Below, piece by piece: positions 28,384 through 39,375 of a DNA stretch of 64,000 nucleotides. Under the pieces are notes generated by a model. That model saw nothing but the letters and a program-made list of their open reading frames with translations, was not told the origin of the DNA and searched no databases. Numbering within the stretch: the stretch's first letter is position 1; each line of letters opens with the position of its first letter. A program made the translations under genes and the position numbers. Source of the DNA: an uncultured delta proteobacterium (GTDB lineage Bacteria; Desulfobacterota; BSN033; UBA1163); contig CAWHBU010000005.1 of the NCBI GenBank assembly GCA_963827685.1, positions 192,001 to 256,000 of the forward strand, given 5' to 3'.

Positions 28384-29385
28384 TTAATATCTCGGCGTAA
28401 TATTCGGTTCATAGACCACGATCTGGCTGCCATGGGCTTCAAATCTGAAAGGAACTCGGAGAAGTTTGCGTAGCTTTTGTTTGATCGATGGCTGATCCTC
28501 AGGTCTTGCAAATAAAAGCATAAAACCACCTCCACCGGCACCCAACAACTTTCCGCCTACAGCCCCCGCCTCTCTCGCCGCCTCGTATATCTCATCGATC
28601 TGAGCAGTGGATATCTTTTCACTTAAGCTCCGTTTGAGTGTCCAGGCCTCATGCAACATCCTTCCAAACTCGGTCACATCAGTGCTACTGTTGAGAACAG
28701 ATATCACCTCATCTACCATCTGCTGTATCAAGGTGAGTTCTTGTTTCTTCTTCGGAGTGTTCTCGATCTGCGCCTTGGCGACTTCAGAGGAAAACCTGGA
28801 AAAACCTGTAAAATAAAGCATCAAATGGTCCTGCAACAATTGTAGCCTTTCTTTGCCGAGGGTGATGGGTGTCACCTGGAAGTCGCCATCTTTATTAAAT
28901 GCTATCTTATTAAATCCCCCTATAGCGGCAACCACCTGATCCTGGGTACCCACATTTTCTTTAAGTAAGGTCCTCTCAATATGGATCGCCTCCATAGCTA
29001 ATTGCATCTTGGTCGGCATGATCCCCTTCAAGGCATAGAGCGTGTGGAGGATCCCTACGGTAAATGAGGAACTGGAGCCTATGCCGGTCCTTGCAGGCAG
29101 ATCCCCGTCGTGGTGTATCTCCACTCCCTCTTCGATCTTCATATATTCCAACGCTGCCTTGACGGCAGGATGGATAATTTCTGAGGTTTCTTTCACATTC
29201 TCGACCCTGGAATATACAATCCTGTGTTTATGGTCAAAGAATGGAGGCAAATACCTGCAACTGATATAGCAGTACTTGTCAATACTTGTGGCCAGAACCG
29301 CACCACCACTCTCTTTAAACCAGGCAGGATAGTCTGTTCCACCGCCAAAAAAGGAGACTCTAAAAGGCGTTCTACTGATAATCAT
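28384..29385 (-). CDS. hddA: D-glycero-alpha-D-manno-heptose-7-phosphate kinase (GHMP)
   Basis: RVSFFGGGTD, GIGSSS, GTQDQ, KLLGAGGGG. Confidence 0.88.
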   Translation of the reverse strand: MIISRTPFRVSFFGGGTDYPAWFKESGGAVLATSIDKYCYISCRYLPPFFDHKHRIVYSRVENVKETSEIIHPAVKAALEYMKIEEGVEIHHDGDLPARTGIGSSSSFTVGILHTLYALKGIMPTKMQLAMEAIHIERTLLKENVGTQDQVVAAIGGFNKIAFNKDGDFQVTPITLGKERLQLLQDHLMLYFTGFSRFSSEVAKAQIENTPKKKQELTLIQQMVDEVISVLNSSTDVTEFGRMLHEAWTLKRSLSEKISTAQIDEIYEAAREAGAVGGKLLGAGGGGFMLLFARPEDQPSIKQKLRKLLRVPFRFEAHGSQIVVYEPNITPRY

Positions 29386-29395
29386 AACCTGCTCT

Positions 29396-30349
<954 letters not shown>

Positions 30350-31312
30350 TTAGAATACCGCCTTACATGCTTCAATGGTTTTGATAACACTTTTTTCATC
30401 TAAATGATTTAACTGATGGAGGTGCTCTCTGCTTCCCATGTCAAAGACATAGGCATCCCCAAATCCCATTCTCTTCAATCTTACCTTTGAATCCTTTCGA
30501 TCGATGGCACTGGCAACCAAACTATCTAATCCGCCCTTGTTGATAAAGGCTTCTTCAAGAGTGATCACCCAATCATATTGATTCAATACTTCAAGGAATG
30601 ATGCTTCATTTAAAGGCTTCAACATAAAAATATCGATCACTCCAATCTTAGTGGGGCTATCTTTGAGCAAGTGTGCCACTTTGATGGCTTTATGGGTCAT
30701 AATACCCGTTGAGACGAGGCATATCTTTTCACCTTTGACCAACTCCTTAAATCCGTTTAGGAAATCCAAATCCTCGATGTGAGAATAAATTGGCAGTAAA
30801 GGTTTTCCGTCAAACCTGAGATACTTAGGTTTTTTTACTCTAACAGAATAATCGACAAATTTTCCAGCTAATTTCCAATCACTGGGTGAAAATAAAACAA
30901 GGTGCGGCAGAGCTCTCATGATAGTAATATCTTCAAGACAATGATGCGTAGGTCCAGATACGTCATAGCTTAACCCTGCACCCACTCCAATTAAATTGAC
31001 ATTGATCTCTTTTAATTGCGCATGGAGTGATAGATTGATTCGTATCTGCTCATAGGCTCTCATGGTTAAAAACGGAGCGATTGCATAGGCATAAACCGTG
31101 AACCCCTCTAAGGCCAAACCCGTGGAGATATTGATAAGATTTTGTTCTGCAATCCCGACATTAATAAATCTATCTTTAAACTTTTCCCTGAGCCTATCAA
31201 GCTTTGGCGATCCAAAATCAGCGGAGACAAAAAATAAGGTCGAGTCTTTGTGCATTCGATTGTAAATCCCCTCGATAAATACGTCTCTCATCGTTCTTGT
31301 TTCAGCCTTCAT
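30350..31312 (-). CDS. Transketolase C-terminal (pyrimidine-binding) subunit
   Basis: NVGIAEQN, RAYEQIR, GPTHH. Confidence 0.88.
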   Translation of the reverse strand: MKAETRTMRDVFIEGIYNRMHKDSTLFFVSADFGSPKLDRLREKFKDRFINVGIAEQNLINISTGLALEGFTVYAYAIAPFLTMRAYEQIRINLSLHAQLKEINVNLIGVGAGLSYDVSGPTHHCLEDITIMRALPHLVLFSPSDWKLAGKFVDYSVRVKKPKYLRFDGKPLLPIYSHIEDLDFLNGFKELVKGEKICLVSTGIMTHKAIKVAHLLKDSPTKIGVIDIFMLKPLNEASFLEVLNQYDWVITLEEAFINKGGLDSLVASAIDRKDSKVRLKRMGFGDAYVFDMGSREHLHQLNHLDEKSVIKTIEACKAVF

Positions 31313-32136
31313 TTCAATTCCGCAAGGATGGCATCTATTTCTTCTGCCTTCAGATTCTTTACATGGCTTAATGGATCTGTTTCAAGGCTGGGGACGCCCT
31401 TTCCCTTTATAGTATGGGCGATCAATACCTTAGGTTTATCCTCATTGTCTTCTTTCAATGCCACTAAAGCATTATAGAGGGAATAAACATCATGCCCATC
31501 CACTGTCTCCGCCTTCCATTTAAAAACTCTGAATTTCTCATCGAGAGGGCTTAAATCGATCACATTCCTGCAGTAATCAAGCATGCAGACTTTATTGTGA
31601 TCAATGATAACGATTAGATTATCCAATCTGTGTTCACCGGCAAACATCACTGCTTCCCATATTGAACCTTCGAACAATTCTCCATCGCCAAGAAGGACAA
31701 ACACCTTCTCGCTTCTCTCTTTTCTTTTTAATGCCAAGGATATGCCGCAAGCCACTCCAAGGCCGTGGCCCAAAGCACCATTGGTTGTTTCAAATCCAGG
31801 GATGATGCAATCTGGAATGCATCCTAAAAATGAACCTTCCTGCCCTACCCTGCCCAGTTCCTCTTTATTAAAATACCCCACATCTGCCAGGATGGGATAG
31901 AAGCAGATGGCTCCGTGTCCTTTGCTGATAATCAGCCTGTCTCTCTTTTCCCACCTGAGATTCGTTGGATCAAAATTTATGATCTTGCCATAATATAATG
32001 TGACGAATATCTCAACCGCCGAAAGGGATGAGGCAATCCTCGTCTCCTGAGCTATTCTATGTATTTTTAAAGTTTCTTTCCTTACCCATGAGGCCTTCTG
32101 TTTTAAATATTCAAATAAATCAGAATTAGGGTTCAT
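31309..32136 (-). CDS. Transketolase N-terminal (ThDP-binding) subunit
   Basis: SKGH, GALGHGL, GDGE..EGSIWE, HTIKGKG. Confidence 0.88.
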   Translation of the reverse strand: MNPNSDLFEYLKQKASWVRKETLKIHRIAQETRIASSLSAVEIFVTLYYGKIINFDPTNLRWEKRDRLIISKGHGAICFYPILADVGYFNKEELGRVGQEGSFLGCIPDCIIPGFETTNGALGHGLGVACGISLALKRKERSEKVFVLLGDGELFEGSIWEAVMFAGEHRLDNLIVIIDHNKVCMLDYCRNVIDLSPLDEKFRVFKWKAETVDGHDVYSLYNALVALKEDNEDKPKVLIAHTIKGKGVPSLETDPLSHVKNLKAEEIDAILAELK

Positions 32137-32571
32137 TCAAATCCTTTCATTAGAAATTTGTCGTTGAGATTCTTCTTTTTCTTCTAAATTCAATATATGA
32201 ACCACAGCATCCTTTAAATCTCTCTTAATGAAAGTAGCATTCGTTGTCCGTTTCTCTTCTGCCCCATAACCTGTTTCGACAAGAAATGTTTTAATATCTA
32301 AGCGTTTTCCAGCTTCAATATCGGTATTTTTATCTCCGATAAGAACTATTTCATCCATTTGATAATTATTTTCTTCAATAACATCCTTTAACAGCTTAGT
32401 ATTGGGTTTCCTACATAAACAATCTTTTGCATACTCCGCAACAATACCATCAGGATGATGGGGGCAGTATAGCACTTTTTCTATTTTAATTCCTTCATTA
32501 TTAAGACGATTCATCATAGATTATGTTAAACGGTGGAATTGTTCCATGGTAAAATAACCTTTTGTTATTCT
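32137..32571 (-). pseudogene. gmhB: Heptose-bisphosphate phosphatase remnant
   Basis: CPHHP..CLCRKP, IGDK..D, VETGYG. The upstream frame ITKGYFTMEQFHRLT* has a TAA at 32521-32523, and the N-terminal DRDG motif is missing. Confidence 0.85.
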
Positions 32572-32664
32572 CAACTTCTTTAGCGACTGGGATTAATGAT
32601 AACTTATCTACTATTTTATCAAGAATAAAAACAAAAGGAATAGTCGACATTGAAACACCCATGG

Positions 32665-34111
32665 AGAGGGTGTGCTAAATTTAGTTGAAATTTGAGAAGT
32701 GGCTCCTAAAATGGTGGTAATCTCTTACTTTGGGAAGAAAAAGAAAAACCACCAAGAAAGGAGCCAGTGATGGAGAAGATATTACGGATTGGTAGAGGTG
32801 TCAAGGTTAGGCGGGCGCGGGTGAAAGAGATTTGTGATAGGGGATTGAAGCAGATGGATGTGGATATGAAGATAGAGTTAATCCAGGCATTGATCCCCGT
32901 AGGGTTGTGGCATGTGAAGGAGGTTTTGGAGGAAGAAGTCAGAAGTTTAGCTGGGGAAAGATATAAGCGCCGGGGGGTTCCTGGGTATGATCGTTGGGGG
33001 AGCCAAGGGGGGTCAGTTTATCTATCGGATCAGAAGCTTCCGATCTTGGTGCCAAGGGTGAGAGATAGGCGTGGGGGGAAAGAGGTACGGTTAAAGAGTT
33101 ATGAGCGGTTACAGGAGCCTCGTGGGGCAGATGAAGGGGTATTGAGACGAGTTCTCCATGGATTAAGTTGTCGGAACTATGAGGAGTGTGCGGAAGCGGT
33201 GCCGGAGGCTTTTGGTTTGAGTGGTTCGACAATTTCGAGGCGATACATTCGAGTCAGCGCAAAAGCGCTCAAGGAGCTTTGCGAGCGTCGATTGGAGGGG
33301 TATGATTTTGTAGCATTGATTCTGGATGGGAAGAGTTTTGGTGCAGATGAGATGATTTTGGTATTGGGGATTACCGTCAAAGGGGAGAAGATTCTTTTAG
33401 GATTTATTCAGGCGGGGACGGAGAATGAGCGGGTTGGCCGGGAAATGCTCCAGGGGTTGCTGGAGCGTGGGCTAGAGATGGAAGAAGGGTTTTTATGTGT
33501 GATTGATGGATCGAAAGGGTTGAGGAAAGCGGTGTATGAAGTTTTTGGGAATAAAGCCTTGGTGCAGCGATGCCAGTGGCACAAGCGGGAGAATGTGGTG
33601 AGTTATCTTCCGAAGGCGATGCAGGCTTCGATGAGGCGGAAGCTTCAAGAGGCCTATGAGGAGCCCATCTATGAAAGGGCGAAGGAGAGACTGTTAAAGA
33701 TTCGTAAGGAACTGCAGCTGCTCAACCGATCGGCGGTCAATAGTTTAGACGAAGGATGTGAAGAGACCTTGACGCTGCATCGTTTGGGACTCCTTAGAGA
33801 ATGTGGGATCAGCTTTAAAACCACGAACTGTATCGAATCCTTGATGGCGCTCATTGGTCAGAAGACCGACAAGGTCGATTATTGGAAGAATAGTGATCAG
33901 AAGCATCGGTGGTTAGCCGCAGCCCTTTTAGATATTGAGCCGAGACTTAGAAAGGTCAAGGGTTACAGATATCTTCCACAGTTAAGAATTTCTATCCAGA
34001 GGGAGATTGCGAGACAGGGAGGAAAACAAGAAATGCCGAAGGTGGCGGAGGCGGCCTGATGAACTCAACAAGGAGCCATTATCGAATTTCAACTAAAAAA
34101 GGTATTGACTC
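32665..34111 (+). mobile_element. IS256-family insertion sequence
   Basis: Inverted ends TTTAGTTGAAATT..TGGCTCC / GGAGCCA..AATTTCAACTAAA. A CCCATGG direct repeat flanks it at 32658-32664 and 34112-34118. Confidence 0.88.
32770..34059 (+). CDS. IS256 (mutator-type) transposase
   Basis: VPRVRD, ILDG, VIDGSKGL, QRCQWHK, TTNCIES. Confidence 0.93.
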   Translation: MEKILRIGRGVKVRRARVKEICDRGLKQMDVDMKIELIQALIPVGLWHVKEVLEEEVRSLAGERYKRRGVPGYDRWGSQGGSVYLSDQKLPILVPRVRDRRGGKEVRLKSYERLQEPRGADEGVLRRVLHGLSCRNYEECAEAVPEAFGLSGSTISRRYIRVSAKALKELCERRLEGYDFVALILDGKSFGADEMILVLGITVKGEKILLGFIQAGTENERVGREMLQGLLERGLEMEEGFLCVIDGSKGLRKAVYEVFGNKALVQRCQWHKRENVVSYLPKAMQASMRRKLQEAYEEPIYERAKERLLKIRKELQLLNRSAVNSLDEGCEETLTLHRLGLLRECGISFKTTNCIESLMALIGQKTDKVDYWKNSDQKHRWLAAALLDIEPRLRKVKGYRYLPQLRISIQREIARQGGKQEMPKVAEAA

Positions 34112-34506
34112 CCCATGGGGAATTTCCAATAAATGTGACTGGCCATGGCTTCTACTCTAAAATCAATATGCGGGATGACGGCTTTGTACTCATGCAAATT
34201 AGCATCGCCTTCTTTAAGGATGCTAACAGCAGTAGGAATAGACCAGGCAGAATCAAGAGAAAGAATGTTTATGCTGAAAAAAATGGCTGATGAAAATTAA
34301 TAAAAAAGTTGAAATTAAAATAGATATTTTACTTATATTTCGGATAAATTTAAGCATCGGATATCCTCTGAATAATGAATTTGTCGAGGATCATAATATA
34401 TTCCGGTCAGAAAGCATATAGGAATACAAATAATTTAATGGTCCATTTTCATTTGGAGTATCATATCGAATAAAGGTCGCTTTAGCCGCTAATGCATATA
34501 AATATT

Positions 34507-35212
34507 TCATTTCCATAGGATGAAGTCCCGAAAGAACTGAAAAAGAAATGTTGCGCCCCATTTCCATATTCTAAGTTTCCTCTCTCCACCTATTCGAGCA
34601 GGTTCATCAGCGGGAATTTCGGCAATTTTCAGCTTCCTTTTGGCCGCCCTGGCTGATAAAAGCGGTTCCCAGCTAACCAGGCAGCCAAATAATTTTTCCG
34701 GAGTGGAATACCATTTCTCTTTGTCGAGTTCCAATTCTTTAATCAGGCTCACCTTGTAGACCCGGTAAATACCCATGGCATCTGTATAGGAGCCACCAAA
34801 TAATAGATTGATAAATCGAGTAAAAAACCAATTTCCAAAGCCTGTAATGAAATCATCATCATCGCTCTTGGCGTTGCCGAGATACCGGGAAGCGATAACC
34901 ATATCGTAGCCTTCCTTCATCTTGGCGATTAAGTCCGGAATAGCCTCTGGAATGCTGTTCCCATCCGGGCTGAAGGTAATGATCACGTCGCCTTTAATCA
35001 TTGGAAACACTTCCAGATAGGCCTGGCGGATTCCAGGCTTCTGCTGAACATGAACAAAATAGCCTTGCCGCCTGGGCATACTCAACCGTGCCATCTTGCG
35101 AACCACCATCGACAATCAAAATTTGATCACACCACTCTTTATGGATGCGCGGCATAATAGCCTTCATGCCATCAATCTCGTTAAGACAAGGTATAACTAA
35201 AGTTGTCTTCAT
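34507..35212 (-). pseudogene. GT2 glycosyltransferase, frameshifted
   Basis: VIPCLNE..VDGGSQDGTVEYA joins RRQGYFVH..FSPDGN..IASRY. One extra C near 35074-35076. Confidence 0.8.
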
Positions 35213-35585
35213 TAGTCACCTTCAATTCCTATTCGGAAAAGGGGTTTGACATTCTGCAAACATTCCGTCCCCTCAGGGCACTCCATTTTTGCCTTCACAA
35301 TTTTCGGGCTGCACGGGGAAAGTTTGGATTTTTCCGATGGCTTCATAAAGAGGCCCGCTCCTGAAAAAAATTCAGTCTCCGATATCGTGGCAATGATTTG
35401 GTCATCTGAAACAACGATAAAACCATTCTTTGATTCTATATTCTTGATTGTTTTGGCATCTGCTTGACTGCAGAAAAAGTTTTTGCCAACCATGCCCGTA
35501 ATGCCGCCATCCTTGAATTGTCGTAGATGGCATTCGCTTTTACCAATTACTAAAAAGCTTAAGTTGTTTCTATCTTGGTAGTCCA
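35212..35585 (-). pseudogene. C-terminal remnant of an unknown gene
   Basis: The frame of ORF 35212..35493 stays open upstream (DYQDRNNLSFLVIGKSEC...) as far as the point where the duplicated GT2 breaks off. Confidence 0.4.
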
Positions 35586-35996
35586 GAATAATTGAATCGC
35601 CTTTCGATTCGCTGCTCTAAATCCAGAAGTTCCGATAAAACGCGAACCGATGGCCACATCAACCTTCTTCTCTTCCAAAGCCTTAAGGAGTTTGCCAATC
35701 TCTTTCGGAGCATGTTGACCATCGCCATCGACCTGTATCGCAATATCATAACCTTTCTCATGGGCGTACTGGTATCCCGCTTGCATGGCTCCACCGATCC
35801 CCAGATTAAAAGGGAGATCCAGGACCATTGCGCCGCAGGCCTTGGCTTTTTCTGAAGTGAGACCCGTGGACCCATCATTCACCACCAGCATCTCCCCCTG
35901 TGGGGGATGGGTATGAACCTCTTCAACCACTTTTCCAACCGAGCCCTCTTCATTGTAAGCAGGGATAATCACTAAAATGTTTTGTCCATTTCCCAT
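35559..35996 (-). pseudogene. Truncated, internally deleted duplicate of GT2 22874..23605
   Basis: Near-identical DNA to about 23086-23569. It lacks the 96 bp equivalent to 23129-23224 and the C-terminus after KAIQLF. Confidence 0.9.
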
Positions 35997-36160
35997 AAAA
36001 ATAATTATTTCTACCAAAATTATTCGACTTTATCAAATTAAAAACAAGGGGCTACGGACGAAAGAAGAAACAAATCTTGAAATTGTCCTTGAAAAGTATC
36101 CGGGTGAGCATTTGGCAAGAGGACTTGTGACTGCAGGAAGGATGGATGAATCGAAGTTGC

Positions 36161-36181
36161 GGGGGCAAAAATTTTGCCCCC
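36161..36181. repeat. REP-like palindrome
   Basis: GGGGGCAAAA-a-TTTTGCCCCC. Confidence 0.5.
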
Positions 36182-36494
36182 CATTTCTGATAAACTAAAA
36201 TTCTTATCGAGGACGCCTCGCTCCCAGGAATAGGCTCAACTTTCATAGCCAGATATCCCCACAAGTTGACCGCCTGACAGGGTGCTCATATATCGCTGAC
36301 CGTAATTCAGCCGAGTAAATTGTACCTCTCCCGTGCGGGGGTCAGAGAATATTTCCGTCAGCACCTCCCGCTGCCGATAGGCATCAAACCAGGTTCCACC
36401 GCTCCATGCGCTGCCGGCCCATTGGAACTCCAGCCAAATAAAAATCGGCTAACCCAGATATGCTAATTTTGCCAAGGACTCAGACAGTTTCTGT

Positions 36495-37391
36495 TTAGTT
36501 AAACAACTTCGATAAATTAAGATAACCTGTAATGGCTGGGTCCAATAAGAATATTTTATATTTTAGAGAAAAACAGAAGATAATGTCCCACAAAGCAAGA
36601 AGTCTTTCCTTTCTTGTTAATTTAGAACTTTGTATTAACTTCCAATGCTCTATAGCCAATTTGGTAAAAGGGAAAAAAGAGGCTCGTGGGTCATCAGGGA
36701 GAATCGCTTCAAAAACAGCCTTCACTTTTTTTACAACATTTCCGCTTCGAATACTTATTTTAAAGAGAACTAAAGGTAATTGAAAGAATTCACCCATTAA
36801 ACTTAACTCTGCAAGTAAAAGATTGTCAGGCCCGAATACGTTCCTAAAAAGCCCAGTTTTTCTTAAGACGCGACTTCGGATAAGACCGTATATGCTCGCG
36901 CATGAATTATTCCACAATATCTTGCGAAACCTTCTATTAAGGGACATCCCTATCGTACTAAAATTGTCTTGTAACCGTCCGTAACCTCCTTTTTCGGCTA
37001 ATAATGCATCGGTACAGCATAGAATCACATTTGGATATTTCTCCATAATCTTTAAACAGGAGCTAATATAACTAGGCTCCTTAAAATCATCATGGGCATG
37101 CCACATGAAATATTCACCATGAGATAATTCAAAAACTTTATTAAAATTTTTTATTGCTCCCACATTCATTTCATTTCTGAAATAACGGACCCTCTTATCC
37201 CTTGCCCTATAATCCAAACATATCTCTTCCGTTGAATCGGTGGAATGGTTATCTGAGATAATCAATTCGAAATGCTCGTAATCCTGGTTTAACAGTGAAT
37301 CCAAGGCCTGACATATAAACTTCTCTGCATTATATACAGGGAAACCGATATTAACCAATGGTTTGCCTTCACCCATACATAATCCATTCAT
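36495..37391 (-). CDS. GT2 glycosyltransferase
   Basis: GFPVYN, ISDNHSTD, HAHDD. Confidence 0.88.
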   Translation of the reverse strand: MNGLCMGEGKPLVNIGFPVYNAEKFICQALDSLLNQDYEHFELIISDNHSTDSTEEICLDYRARDKRVRYFRNEMNVGAIKNFNKVFELSHGEYFMWHAHDDFKEPSYISSCLKIMEKYPNVILCCTDALLAEKGGYGRLQDNFSTIGMSLNRRFRKILWNNSCASIYGLIRSRVLRKTGLFRNVFGPDNLLLAELSLMGEFFQLPLVLFKISIRSGNVVKKVKAVFEAILPDDPRASFFPFTKLAIEHWKLIQSSKLTRKERLLALWDIIFCFSLKYKIFLLDPAITGYLNLSKLFN

Positions 37392-37424
37392 TATCCCATA
37401 TTAAGAACACTTTGGGACCCTCTA

Positions 37425-38189
37425 TCAAATTCTTCTTAAAAAGGCTCCGGGCCATTGAGTGATTCGTTTCTTAAATTCACTTTCATTAAAACGCCAAACG
37501 GGTTCTTCCACAATGAATTCTGGATGTTTTTTGATAAACTCAACAACTGCCGCACCCGGATTATCCCAAGCCCATTCCTCCTTACCACGTGGCACCTCAA
37601 CCAAGTCCTTAATAATCCCGTCTGTAGCAATGATATAGGAGCCGGAGGTGATCAGATCATGATAACCCTCTAACTCCTTAAGAACATGTTCCTTTTTATG
37701 GCTCGAATCGAGGATGACCAATACTGATTCAGGAGGTTTGATGAAAGACTTGACTCGCTCAATGATTTCGGAGGCTATGGAACTGCCTTCCACTAACGTG
37801 ACCAGAGGGGATAGCTCATGAGTTTCGATTGCCTTGCGATTGTGTGGCCGAATTTCAATATCAATACCAATCACCCGACCTTTACCCATTGCTTTGCACA
37901 GACTCGCATAAAACACCAGAGAGCCCCCATGAGCGATTCCTGTTTCAATGATGACATCAGGTTTAACTCGATAGATCACTTCCTGCACCCGAATCATATC
38001 TTCAGGAATCTGGATGATGGGCCGTCCCATCCAAGTAAACGTATAAGAATACTTTTGATTCCAAGCCACCTTCAGCCACAGTTCAGAGATCAACTCGAAT
38101 GCTTCATCCGTATAAAACCCTAAAATACGTCGATTCCCCTCAATTTCCTGTATCAGCTTTCCTTCCTTCGTATCAATGATGAGCTTCAT
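37425..38189 (-). CDS. CmcI (cephalosporin hydroxylase family) O-methyltransferase
   Basis: WMGRPIIQ.PEDM, KPDVIIETGIAHGGS, ILDSSH. Confidence 0.88.
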   Translation of the reverse strand: MKLIIDTKEGKLIQEIEGNRRILGFYTDEAFELISELWLKVAWNQKYSYTFTWMGRPIIQIPEDMIRVQEVIYRVKPDVIIETGIAHGGSLVFYASLCKAMGKGRVIGIDIEIRPHNRKAIETHELSPLVTLVEGSSIASEIIERVKSFIKPPESVLVILDSSHKKEHVLKELEGYHDLITSGSYIIATDGIIKDLVEVPRGKEEWAWDNPGAAVVEFIKKHPEFIVEEPVWRFNESEFKKRITQWPGAFLRRI

Positions 38190-39375
38190 ATTCTCCTTTC
38201 GTTAGGTCCATTAAGCTAATTAATTGAATATCCAAGTGATCTCTCTCTATCAAGCCCAAATTTTCTTGGTGGTAATTTGGATTCATTAAGATGACAGTGT
38301 TTACACGGTATCTCATCATCTCTTGGTATCCAACAATCGGATGCCCTGTCCCTGGAATATAGTGTCCTTGTTTTTGGGGATTTAAATCCACCACACAGGC
38401 AATCCAGTGCCGCTCGGGATCAATTAAGTTCGCTAAGGTTACCCCCTTGGCTCCTGCTCCCCACAGAGCCAGTCCCCCTTTGGAAGCAAATGTTCGGACC
38501 TTCTCCTGCAACACTTTCTTAAGCTCATGCTCGGACTTGGCAAATTCCCTCGCAAGATTGGGTATATGACCAGCCCTCTTGGCCACAAATGGCTTTTGAT
38601 CACTCGCCGTAGCTTCTGCCCAAAGATACTGCTTTTCAAATACATTCCGAATGCTTCCCACGCGAAATCCTGTTGCTTCAAATGCCGTGGTTAAAGAATC
38701 GGCAGTAAAATACGAACAATGTTCATAAAAGAAGTCCCAAAAAACTCGGTGATACAGGATCCATTCCCCACAAGGGGTTTCGAGAAAAACCTTTGCCTGC
38801 GGTGAATGCATCAACGTCCTCTTGATGGTGGCGAGTAGCGTTAGAGGGTCTGGGACATGTTCAATCACATGGCGACAAATCACCACATCGGCAGGAATCT
38901 CTGTATGTTCTGGTCCGTAGTAGCGCTTTTCGAATTTCAGGCGTCCCTCCAGATCGATCTCTGGGCCTGTGTAACTCGGGTCAAATCCATATCCTCTATT
39001 TCCAGATCCTGGTACCTGGACGAGTTTTCTCAAAAATAAACCTTTTCCGCAACCGACTTCGACAATCTGGCAATTTTGGATCCCCTTCTCAAAAACCAAA
39101 TAGTCAACAAGTTCCTCAATGTACTTGATAAATAGGAGAGAGTGTGTTTGTGTATTATCATAATCTTGACCGTACCCGACTTTGGCGGGGTCAAACGTTT
39201 GGTTAAAAAAAAACCCGCACTCATTACAAACCGCTAAGGTAAGGTTACCACGAGGTACAACTTCAGCAGTTTTTTGGTCACTGATTAGCAGGTTCTGAGA
39301 AACGGGAACTCCTTTACGCCGTAGAAAAGGGGAAATATGCGGTGAGCAACATACAGGACAGTAATTTTGAGGCAT
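38173..39375 (-). CDS. Class I SAM methyltransferase, sugar C-methyltransferase-like
   Basis: CPVC...CNEC zinc site, EVGCGKG, YEHCSYF, WGAGAKG, PGTGHPI. Confidence 0.8.
   Translation of the reverse strand: MPQNYCPVCCSPHISPFLRRKGVPVSQNLLISDQKTAEVVPRGNLTLAVCNECGFFFNQTFDPAKVGYGQDYDNTQTHSLLFIKYIEELVDYLVFEKGIQNCQIVEVGCGKGLFLRKLVQVPGSGNRGYGFDPSYTGPEIDLEGRLKFEKRYYGPEHTEIPADVVICRHVIEHVPDPLTLLATIKRTLMHSPQAKVFLETPCGEWILYHRVFWDFFYEHCSYFTADSLTTAFEATGFRVGSIRNVFEKQYLWAEATASDQKPFVAKRAGHIPNLAREFAKSEHELKKVLQEKVRTFASKGGLALWGAGAKGVTLANLIDPERHWIACVVDLNPQKQGHYIPGTGHPIVGYQEMMRYRVNTVILMNPNYHQENLGLIERDHLDIQLISLMDLTKGEYEAHH

Larger units (their letters stand above)
32572..34357 (-). pseudogene. Membrane protein gene (GT-C-like) split by IS256, frameshifted and truncated
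   Basis: GAGGA-ATG at 34357 gives MLKFIRNISKISILIS...; after a T7 slip it reads SLDSAWSIPTAVSILKEGDANLHEY...YWKFP|MGVSMSTIPFVF, in frame once the IS is removed. Confidence 0.6.

Noticed and set aside
32504-32531. dif-like site (TTATGTTAAA matches the XerD arm)
   Set aside because: There is no XerC arm. The match lies inside the gmhB remnant and depends on its nonsense codon.
36200-36480. Group II intron or structured ncRNA remnant
   Set aside because: No GTGCG 5' end, no domain V signature and no reverse transcriptase fragment were recognised.
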